Of a DNA stretch of 23,915 nucleotides, positions 17,496-23,915 are shown piece by piece. The DNA is from a virus (taxonomy: Duplodnaviria > Heunggongvirae > Uroviricota > Caudoviricetes). Position 1 is the stretch's first letter; each line of letters opens with the position of its first letter. Made by a program: the position numbers and the translations under genes. The stretch lies in the IMG/VR virus record IMGVR_UViG_2554235190_000005, positions 1 through 23,915 of that record; one strand, given 5' to 3'. The notes beneath the pieces are model-generated. The model saw only the letters and a list, made by a program, of their open reading frames with translations. It was not told the DNA's origin and ran no database searches.

Positions 17496-17991
17496 ACGCT
17501 GCCTTGTCGGGGCCGTGCTGGCTATTGCTGCCACGCTGCCGGGTTTTCAGCAGCTTCACACCTCCGTGGAGGGGCTGAAACTGATTGCCGATTACGAAGG
17601 CTGTCGTCTGCAGCCGTATCAGTGCAGCGCGGGTGTCTGGACCGACGGCATTGGTAATACATCGGGCGTCATTCCCGGCAAAACAATCACGGAACGACAG
17701 GCAGCAGAAGGGCTGATCTCCAACGTGCTGCGTGTGGAGCGGGCACTGGAAAGGTGTGTGAAGCAACAGCCACCACAGAAGGTGTATGACGCTACGGTGT
17801 CGTTTGCCTTCAACGTGGGGACGGGCAATGCCTGTAGTTCCACGCTGGTGAAATTGCTCAATCAGCGGCGCTGGGCGGATGCGTGCCGACAGTTGCCGCG
17901 CTGGGTTTATGTAAAAGGTGTGTTTAATCAGGGGCTGGATAACCGCCGTGCGCGGGAGATGGCCTGGTGCCTTAAAGGAGCTGGACTATGA
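17476..17991 (+). CDS. Endolysin, T4-lysozyme-like (GH24) with an N-terminal SAR-like hydrophobic segment
   Basis: E-x8-D-x5-T catalytic triad pattern (..EGCRLQPYQCSAGVWTDGIGNT..) and a weakly hydrophobic N-terminus (VKRCLVGAVLAIAATLPG) resembling P1 Lyz / P21 R signal-anchor-release endolysins. Confidence 0.85.
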   Translation: MNPSIVKRCLVGAVLAIAATLPGFQQLHTSVEGLKLIADYEGCRLQPYQCSAGVWTDGIGNTSGVIPGKTITERQAAEGLISNVLRVERALERCVKQQPPQKVYDATVSFAFNVGTGNACSSTLVKLLNQRRWADACRQLPRWVYVKGVFNQGLDNRRAREMAWCLKGAGL

Positions 17992-18416
17992 CGCGTGCGC
18001 TGGCAGTAGTGGTGGCGCTGGTACTCGTTGCGCTGGGCTGGCAGTCGTGGCGGTTTAACAGCGCCAGCCACACCATCGAAACGCAGCGCGCGGCGCTAGA
18101 AAGTAAAGCGCAGGAACTAACTAAGAAAAATAGCCAGTTGATCCGTCTGTCCATTCTGGCTGAAACCAACAACCGGGAGCAGGCGCGGCTCTACGCCGAA
18201 GCAGAACAGACCAGCGCACTGCTGAGACAACGACAACGCCGGATCGAGGAACTGAAACGTGAGAACGAGGATTTACGCCGCTGGGCTGATACTCCTTTGC
18301 CTGCTGACATTATCCGGCTGCGGGAACGCCCCACACTCACCGGAGGTGCAGCTTACCGTCAGTGGTTGTCCGCGAGTGACGCCGTGTCGGCTGGGGCAGG
18401 CAGCGCCGCGCACTAA
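17988..18416 (+). CDS. lysB: LysB-like inner-membrane spanin (Rz-like)
   Basis: N-terminal TMD (LAVVVALVLVALGW) followed by a charged coiled-coil-like region; ATGA overlap with the endolysin stop. Confidence 0.7.
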   Translation: MTRALAVVVALVLVALGWQSWRFNSASHTIETQRAALESKAQELTKKNSQLIRLSILAETNNREQARLYAEAEQTSALLRQRQRRIEELKRENEDLRRWADTPLPADIIRLRERPTLTGGAAYRQWLSASDAVSAGAGSAAH

Positions 18417-18549
18417 CGGTGACCTGAACGCGTTGCTGGATGAAACGGAGGCCGCCTGGGCGGTCTGTGCAGACAAAGTGGACATGATTATTGCGTGTCA
18501 GGAGCGAAACAGTGAACAAACCACAATCCCTGCGCCACGCCCTCAATAA
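18259..18549 (+). CDS. lysC: LysC-like outer-membrane lipoprotein spanin (Rz1-like), overlapping lysB in another frame
   Basis: Lipobox LLTLSGC after a signal-like N-terminus; Pro-rich mature part; GTG start with GAGGA RBS; begins inside lysB and ends beyond it. Confidence 0.55.
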   Translation: MRTRIYAAGLILLCLLTLSGCGNAPHSPEVQLTVSGCPRVTPCRLGQAAPRTNGDLNALLDETEAAWAVCADKVDMIIACQERNSEQTTIPAPRPQ

Positions 18550-18943
18550 AGCGGTGCCTTATGTCCGCAATAACCCGGACAAACTGCATCTGTTTGTGGA
18601 TAACGGTTCGCTGGTTGCCACGGGGGCCAGCTCCATGTCGTGGGAGTACCGTTACACCCTGAACGCGGTGATTGAGGATTTCAGCGGCGACCAGAATCTG
18701 CTGATGGCCCCGGTTTTGCTGTGGCTGCGTGATAACCAGCCCGATGCCATCAATAACCCGGCGTTACGGGAAAAACTATTCACCTTTGAGGTGGATATTT
18801 TGCGCAACGATGTCTGTGATATCAGCCTTAACCTGCAACTGACGGAGCGTGTGCTGGTCAGTACTGACGGCAGTGTGTCGAGTGTTGAAGCGGTGCCGGA
18901 GCCGGACGAACCCGAGGAAATGTGGACGGTGAAGCGTGGATAA
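18512..18943 (+). CDS. R: Tail completion protein (P2 gpR-like)
   Basis: From the GTG at 18512 the translation (M)NKPQSLRHAL...LHLFVDNGSL...RYTLNAVIEDFSGD...LLWLRDNQPD matches P2 gpR as I recall it; GGAG RBS. Confidence 0.8.
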   Translation: MNKPQSLRHALNKAVPYVRNNPDKLHLFVDNGSLVATGASSMSWEYRYTLNAVIEDFSGDQNLLMAPVLLWLRDNQPDAINNPALREKLFTFEVDILRNDVCDISLNLQLTERVLVSTDGSVSSVEAVPEPDEPEEMWTVKRG

Positions 18944-19388
18944 TCTGCATAAGGTCGATGAGTGGCTGGCGGCACTGCTGGCGAATCTGGAGCCTGCCGC
19001 ACGCAACCGTATGATGCGGCAACTGGCGCAACAGGTGCGCCGGACGCAGCAGCAGAATATCAGGCTACAGCGCAATCCTGATGGCAGTGGATACGAGCCG
19101 CGCCGGGTAACTGCCCGAACAAAGAAGGGCCGTATTAAGCGACAAATGTTCACCAAACTCCGCACAACAAAATACCTTAAAACCGCTGCTAGCGCCGACT
19201 CTGCCAGCGTACAGTTTGAAGGTAAGGTGCAGCGCATTGCCCGCGTCCATCATTACGGGTTGCGTGATCGTGTCAGCCGTAAAGGCCCGGAGGTTCGTTA
19301 TACCAAACGTAACCTTCTCGGATTCAATTCTGTATCCGAGAGGTTAGTTAAAGACATAATAATAGATTGGATTCGTAGATTGTTATAA
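18936..19388 (+). CDS. S: Tail completion protein (P2 gpS-like)
   Basis: 150 aa; ..WLAALLANLEPAARNRMMRQLAQQVRRTQQQNIRLQRNPDGS.. resembles P2 gpS. The last ~20 codons are AT-rich and overlap the 3' end of the antisense cargo gene. Confidence 0.8.
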   Translation: MDNLHKVDEWLAALLANLEPAARNRMMRQLAQQVRRTQQQNIRLQRNPDGSGYEPRRVTARTKKGRIKRQMFTKLRTTKYLKTAASADSASVQFEGKVQRIARVHHYGLRDRVSRKGPEVRYTKRNLLGFNSVSERLVKDIIIDWIRRLL

Positions 19389-20288
19389 CCGCCATTTTGT
19401 TGTTTTGCTCATTGGATGTTTTTCTATCATATATCTTGCTATTTCCCCTAGGGCGGTTTTATCTTCGACGAAAATCTCAGCTGTGCGTGGTGAAATAATA
19501 GGGGGTGTGTTTTTTATAGGCTCATTGAATTTTATTGGTTCGTAGCGGAACTCATACTTCCAATTTGCTAGTGCAGCTAGGCTCAAAGCAACATGAGTAT
19601 CCTTGAGGCGATGGTAAATCTTCCGAGCAGATTCTAGAGAGCATCGCTCACCAAGGGTAACTGCTTTGATAGCATCTAGTGGAATATCGTTTGTATAAAT
19701 ATCAAATTGCTTAGCCTTGGCTTTATTTTTTTTACAATCCCTTAATGATCTGATTAAGCGATATTCTTTTTCATAGTTCCAGATGTCAGATTTTATACAT
19801 AAATTTGAAATGGGTATGGTTTCATTTTTTAAAAAGTAATCCATATGGATAATCGGCCGATCTTTCTCGTATCTAACTTCCGTCAGGCCAGAAAAATACT
19901 CATGACTTTCATCGAACTCTATGACTGCACCACTATATTCATCAGCGTAGTGTGCCCACATTAAATGTGAGTCTGCATTTTTTGAAAGGCATAGTATTCC
20001 TATTTCATTATTTAGATTGCTTATAAGTTCACGGGAAAAAATATCGTTGCAGTTTTCGTGTTGAAAATTCGACTCAAGGCGATAACTATCAATTAAAGGC
20101 TCTTGTGACAGAACATCAAATCGTAGTTGTACCCGATCACCTTCATTGTAGTTTGGATTGAAAACCTCTAAAGCTAGTTCAAACGGGTCATTAAATCCTC
20201 CCGGTTGAGTGAATCGTATTGAACCATTGAGAATGTAATCAAGTGTTGTAGCTGTAACGTATTTATATAGTGACATTTTATAACTCAT
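19383..20288 (-). CDS. DUF2971-like hypothetical protein (about 300 aa), AT-rich cargo inserted antisense between S and V
   Basis: Track ORF 19383..20393 (-); probable start at the ATG at 20288 or 20276 (MSYKMSLYKYV...). N-terminal motif LYKY...L.YILNGSIRF..P..FNDPFE matches the DUF2971 signature as I remember it. Strongly AT-rich; sole minus-strand gene inside the late operon. Confidence 0.7.
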   Translation of the reverse strand: MSYKMSLYKYVTATTLDYILNGSIRFTQPGGFNDPFELALEVFNPNYNEGDRVQLRFDVLSQEPLIDSYRLESNFQHENCNDIFSRELISNLNNEIGILCLSKNADSHLMWAHYADEYSGAVIEFDESHEYFSGLTEVRYEKDRPIIHMDYFLKNETIPISNLCIKSDIWNYEKEYRLIRSLRDCKKNKAKAKQFDIYTNDIPLDAIKAVTLGERCSLESARKIYHRLKDTHVALSLAALANWKYEFRYEPIKFNEPIKNTPPIISPRTAEIFVEDKTALGEIARYMIEKHPMSKTTKWRL

Positions 20289-20317
20289 GCTGTTTTGTTC
20301 GAATTGTTTGTGATTAT

Positions 20318-20335
20318 TGTTTGGAATTCCATACA
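20318..20335. promoter_or_regulatory. Candidate late-promoter activator site (TGT-N12-ACA) upstream of V
   Basis: TGT(20318-20320)-N12-ACA(20333-20335) in the gap between the cargo gene and V; spacing to the V ATG (20382) is tight, so the assignment is tentative. Confidence 0.3.
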
Positions 20336-20381
20336 AAAGCAATCGAATGCTGATAGCAAACCATTTCTGCATTGTATTGGC

Positions 20382-20960
20382 ATGAACGCACAACTAACCG
20401 AAATCATGCGCCTTATCACCAACCTGATCCGCACCGGCACCGTGACCGAAGTGGACCGGGAGAACTGGCTTTGCCGAGTGAAAACAGGCGACCTTGAAAC
20501 AAACTGGATTAACTGGCTGACATTCCGGGCTGGCAAATCGCGCACCTGGTGGTGTCCGTCACCAGGGGAGCAGGTGGTGCTGTTCAGCCTGGGGGGCAAT
20601 CTGGAAACCGCCTTTGCGCTGCCTGCCATCTACTCCAATCAGTTTGCGCCGCCGTCGGATTCCGTGGACGGCTGCGTGACGGAGTACCCGGACGGGGGCT
20701 GGTTTGAGTATGAACCCGCCACCGGGCGGTGGCATGTCCGGGGTATCAAATCCATGGTGATCGAGGCGGCGGACAGTATCACCCTCAAAACCGGTGAGTT
20801 TGTGGTAGAGGCTGACACCACGCGCATTAACAGCGAGGTGGTGATCAATGGCAGCGTCACCCAGGGCGGCGGCGCGATGAGTTCCAACGGGATCGTAGTG
20901 GATAAACACGGTCACACCGGCGTTAAGTCCGGCGGCGATACGTCAGGAGGCCCGGTATGA
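20382..20960 (+). CDS. V: Baseplate spike / assembly protein (P2 gpV-like)
   Basis: From ATG 20382: MNAQLTEIMRLITNLIRTGTVTEVD..., parallel to P2 gpV's N-terminus as I recall it. Confidence 0.85.
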   Translation: MNAQLTEIMRLITNLIRTGTVTEVDRENWLCRVKTGDLETNWINWLTFRAGKSRTWWCPSPGEQVVLFSLGGNLETAFALPAIYSNQFAPPSDSVDGCVTEYPDGGWFEYEPATGRWHVRGIKSMVIEAADSITLKTGEFVVEADTTRINSEVVINGSVTQGGGAMSSNGIVVDKHGHTGVKSGGDTSGGPV

Positions 20961-21316
20961 CGCTGTATATCGGCATGAGCCAGGACAATGGCAAGGCCAT
21001 TACAGATACGGACCATCTGCGCCAGTCGGTGCGGGACATTCTGCTGACGCCGCAGGGTAGCCGCATTGCCCGCAGGGAATATGGTTCCCTGCTGTCGGCA
21101 CTGATAGATCAGCCACAAAATCCGGCATTACGCCTGCAGGTCATGTCGGCAGTGTATGTGGCGCTGAGTCGCTGGGAGCCACGGCTGACGCTGGATTCCA
21201 TCACCATCAACAGCAATTTTGACGGTTCAATGGTGGTGGAGCTGACCGGGCGGCGGAATAACGGTGTGCCTGTGTCCCTTTCCGTATCAACAGGAGCAGA
21301 GAATGGCAGTGATTGA
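20957..21316 (+). CDS. W: Baseplate wedge protein (P2 gpW-like, GPW/gp25 family)
   Basis: 119 aa, ATGA-coupled to V; size and position match gpW. Confidence 0.85.
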   Translation: MTLYIGMSQDNGKAITDTDHLRQSVRDILLTPQGSRIARREYGSLLSALIDQPQNPALRLQVMSAVYVALSRWEPRLTLDSITINSNFDGSMVVELTGRRNNGVPVSLSVSTGAENGSD

Positions 21317-22211
21317 CCTTTCGCAGTTGCCTGCACCGCAGATTGTGGATGTGCCGGACTTTGAGACGCTGCTTGCCGAACGCAAGGCAGAATTTGTGGC
21401 GCTTCATCCGAAAGATGAGCAGGAAGCAGTGATCCGCACGCTGGAACTGGAATCTGAACCCGTCACCAAATTGTTGCAGGAGAATGCTTACCGTGAATTG
21501 CTTCTGCGCCAGCGCATTAACGAAGCCGCGCAGGCGGTGATGGTGGCTTACGCGATGGGCGGCGATCTTGACCAGCTCGCTGCCAACTACAACGTGAAAC
21601 GCCTGACGGTGACGCCTGCTGATAATGACGCTGTGCCGCCCGTTGCAGCTGTGATGGAAAGTGATGAAGCGTTACGCCTGCGTGTGCCTGCAGCCTTTGA
21701 AGGGCTTTCAGTTGCGGGGCCAACTGCCGCTTATGAATTTCATGCCCGAAGCGCCGACGGTCGGGTGGCGGATGCCAGTGCAACCAGTCCGGCACCTGCA
21801 GAGGTGGTGCTGACTGTCCTTAGCCGCGAAGGCGACGGAACAGCAGAAAAAGATCTACTGGATGTGGTGGAAAAAGCCCTGAACAGTGAGAACGTCCGCC
21901 CGGTGGCTGACCGTCTGACGGTTCGCAGCGCAGAAATCATCCCGTACCGCGTGGAAGCCACCATTTTTCTCTATCCGGGACCGGAAGCAGAGCCGGTAAT
22001 GGCAGCGGCAAAAGTCAGCCTGCAGAGGTACATCGCCAGTCAGACGCGGCTCGGTCGGGATATTCGCCGTAGTGCCATTTTTGCCGCGCTGCATGTTGAG
22101 GGTGTGCAGCGTGTGGAACTGGCTTCGCCGCTGGCGGATGTGGTCCTGAACAAAACACAGGCGGCATCATGTACGCAGTGGAGCGTGACCAACGGGGGAA
22201 CGGATGAATAG
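21303..22211 (+). CDS. J: Baseplate protein (P2 gpJ-like)
   Basis: ATG 21303 gives about 302 aa, the same length as P2 gpJ; track ORF starts 13 codons earlier. Confidence 0.85.
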   Translation: MAVIDLSQLPAPQIVDVPDFETLLAERKAEFVALHPKDEQEAVIRTLELESEPVTKLLQENAYRELLLRQRINEAAQAVMVAYAMGGDLDQLAANYNVKRLTVTPADNDAVPPVAAVMESDEALRLRVPAAFEGLSVAGPTAAYEFHARSADGRVADASATSPAPAEVVLTVLSREGDGTAEKDLLDVVEKALNSENVRPVADRLTVRSAEIIPYRVEATIFLYPGPEAEPVMAAAKVSLQRYIASQTRLGRDIRRSAIFAALHVEGVQRVELASPLADVVLNKTQAASCTQWSVTNGGTDE

Positions 22212-22809
22212 TTTGCTGCCACCGGGTTCAACTCCACTGGAGCGCCGACTGGCGCAAACCTGCAGCGGGATTTCTGATCTGCAGGTGCCACTGCGTGACT
22301 TGTGGAATCCGGCGACCTGTCCGGTCAGTTTCCTGCCTTATCTCGCCTGGGCGTTCTCTGTGGATCGATGGGACGAGGGCTGGACAGAAAGCGTCAAGCG
22401 CCAGGTGGTGAAGGATGCTTTTTATATTCATCAGCATAAAGGGACCACCAGTGCCGTGCGGCGGGTGGTGGAGCCGTTCGGCTTTCTGATCCGCATTATT
22501 GAGTGGTGGCAGACCGGAGAGGCTCCGGGCACGTTTCGCCTGGATATCGGCGTGCAGGACCAGGGCATCACTGAAGATACCTATCTGGAACTTGAGCGAC
22601 TGATAAGCGATGCCAAACCATGTAGCCGTCACATGATCGGCATGTCCATCAATCTGCAGACCAGCGGCCCGCATTGGGTGGGAGCCGCCAGCTATCTTGG
22701 CGAAGAAATCACGATCTATCCGTATATCAACGAAACGATTATTTCCGGTGGCACCGCGCATGAAGGCGGGGCGGTCCATGTTATTGACACAATGAGAGTG
22801 AATCCATGA
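22204..22809 (+). CDS. I: Baseplate protein (P2 gpI-like)
   Basis: MNSLLPPGSTPLERRLAQ...DLWNP..CP..LPYLAWAFSVDRWDEGW matches the conserved gpI N-terminus. Confidence 0.85.
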   Translation: MNSLLPPGSTPLERRLAQTCSGISDLQVPLRDLWNPATCPVSFLPYLAWAFSVDRWDEGWTESVKRQVVKDAFYIHQHKGTTSAVRRVVEPFGFLIRIIEWWQTGEAPGTFRLDIGVQDQGITEDTYLELERLISDAKPCSRHMIGMSINLQTSGPHWVGAASYLGEEITIYPYINETIISGGTAHEGGAVHVIDTMRVNP

Positions 22810-23915
22810 GCACAAAATTTTATACCCTGCTGACGGATATTGGCGCGGCGAAACTTGCCAGCGCCGCCGCGCTCGGTGTGCCACTAAAAATTACCCATAT
22901 GGCGGTGGGCGATGGCGGCGGGGTATTGCCAACGCCGGACGCAAAGCAGACTGCACTGGTAAATGAGAAACGCCGGGCTGCGCTGAATATGCTCTATATC
23001 GACCCGCAGAACAGCAGCCAGATTATTGCTGAACAGGTGATCCCTGAAAACGAGGGCGGTTGGTGGATACGTGAAGTGGGCCTGTTTGATGAGTCCGGAG
23101 CATTGATTGCCGTGGGCAACTGCCCGGAAAGCTATAAGCCGCAACTGGCTGAAGGCAGCGGGCGCACCCAGACCGTGCGCATGGTGCTGATTACCAGCAG
23201 CACGGACAATATCACCCTGAAAATCGACCCTGCCGTAGTGCTGGCAACCCGCAAGTATGTGGATGACAAGGTACTGGAGCTGAAAGTGTACGTGGATGAC
23301 CTGATGGCAAAACATCTTGCCGCACAGGACCCACATTCACAGTATGCGCCAAAAGCCAGCCCGACATTTACCGGAACCCCCAAAGCGCCAACGCCAGCGG
23401 CGGGGAATAATACTACGCAGATTGCGACCACCGCGTTTGTACAGGCGGCACTGCTCACCCTGATTGACGGTGCACCAGCCACGCTGGACACGCTGAAAGA
23501 AATTGCAGCTGCTATTAATAATGACCCGAAATTCAGTACCACCATTAACAATACGCTGGCACTCAAAGCACCGCTGTCGAGTCCGGCACTCACCGGAACG
23601 CCAACAGCACCTACTGCGGCACAGTCGGTCAACAATACACAGATTGCCACCACGGCTTTTGTGAAATCGGCAATTGCGGCAATGGTGGGTTCTGCACCTG
23701 CGGCACTGGATACGCTGAACGAACTGGCGGCGGCGCTGGGGAATGACCCGAACTTTGCCACGACAATGCTCAATTCGCTGGCGGGAAAACAACCGCTGGA
23801 TAATACGCTGACTAATTTGAGTGGAAAGGATGTAGCTGGTCTTCTCGCATACCTTGGTTTGGGGGAAGCGGCAAAACGGTGGGTTGGTACAGGAGAAAAT
23901 CAGATTCCTGACATG
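22806..23915 (+). CDS. H: Tail fibre protein (P2 gpH-like), N-terminal part; runs off the 3' end of the window
   Basis: Open frame from ATG 22806 to the window end (370 codons, no stop): MSTKFYTLLTDIGAAKLASAAALGVPLKITHMAVGDGGG... typical of the conserved H N-terminus; ATGA-coupled to I. Absent from the ORF track because no stop falls inside the window. Confidence 0.85.
   Translation, partial: MSTKFYTLLTDIGAAKLASAAALGVPLKITHMAVGDGGGVLPTPDAKQTALVNEKRRAALNMLYIDPQNSSQIIAEQVIPENEGGWWIREVGLFDESGALIAVGNCPESYKPQLAEGSGRTQTVRMVLITSSTDNITLKIDPAVVLATRKYVDDKVLELKVYVDDLMAKHLAAQDPHSQYAPKASPTFTGTPKAPTPAAGNNTTQIATTAFVQAALLTLIDGAPATLDTLKEIAAAINNDPKFSTTINNTLALKAPLSSPALTGTPTAPTAAQSVNNTQIATTAFVKSAIAAMVGSAPAALDTLNELAAALGNDPNFATTMLNSLAGKQPLDNTLTNLSGKDVAGLLAYLGLGEAAKRWVGTGENQIPDM
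23380..23800 (+). repeat. Tandem in-frame duplication of a ~74-codon (222-nt) motif inside tail fibre H
   Basis: NNTTQIATTAFVQAAL...APATLDTLKEIAAAINNDPKFSTTINNTLA.K.PL recurs as VNNTQIATTAFVKSAI...APAALDTLNELAAALGNDPNFATTMLNSLAGKQPL; nucleotide copies begin about 23415 and 23637. Confidence 0.7.

Larger units (their letters stand above)
1..23915. mobile_element. P2-family (186/Fels-2-like) prophage, left part; window begins at the 3' end of int and ends inside tail-fibre gene H
   Basis: Gene order int-cI / apl-cII-...-dam-A / Q-P / O-N-M-L-X-lysis-R-S-V-W-J-I-H with P2-like translational coupling (ATGA overlaps at 4229, 5083, 17073, 17988, 20957, 22806); capsid protein 14802..15860 aligns along its length with P2 gpN as I recall it. 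Confidence 0.9.

Noticed and set aside
22228-23792. Long minus-strand ORFs (150-218 aa) opposite baseplate gene I and tail fibre gene H
   Set aside because: Shadow ORFs of the I and H frames; the Ala/Ser/Val-rich repeats simply mirror the tandem repeat in H.
1-23915. CRISPR arrays, tRNA or rRNA genes, IS elements
   Set aside because: No regularly spaced direct repeats, no tRNA-like cloverleaf candidates and no transposase-like ORFs or terminal inverted repeats were seen; attL and any tRNA target presumably lie just left of position 1.

Overview
The whole window reads as one P2-family temperate prophage of the 186/Fels-2 type from an enterobacterial host, starting at the 3' end of the integrase gene and running out inside the tail-fibre gene H. 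Order: int, small secreted protein and cI (leftward); apl, cII, small early ORFs, TraR-like zinc finger, Dam methylase and replication protein A (rightward); a LexA-box-controlled DinI/Tum-like pair; an AT-rich accessory block around a probable cos site; then the P2-like morphogenesis genes Q, P / O, N, M, L, X, lysis cassette, R, S, V, W, J, I, H. Three spots look like horizontally acquired cargo (AT-rich by eye, no P2 counterpart I recognise): (i) the block between gene A and Q, holding an amber-interrupted ORF, a membrane-anchored 203-aa protein and a 560-aa KAP-type P-loop NTPase; (ii) a DUF2971-like gene inserted antisense between S and V; (iii) a small Cys-rich secreted protein between cI and int. 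The membrane protein plus KAP NTPase pair, which appears to straddle cos, and the S/V insert are the best candidates for an undescribed anti-phage or lysogenic-conversion system. All calls come from reading the supplied ORF translations and the raw sequence; no database search was run, and homology statements are from memory of the protein families.
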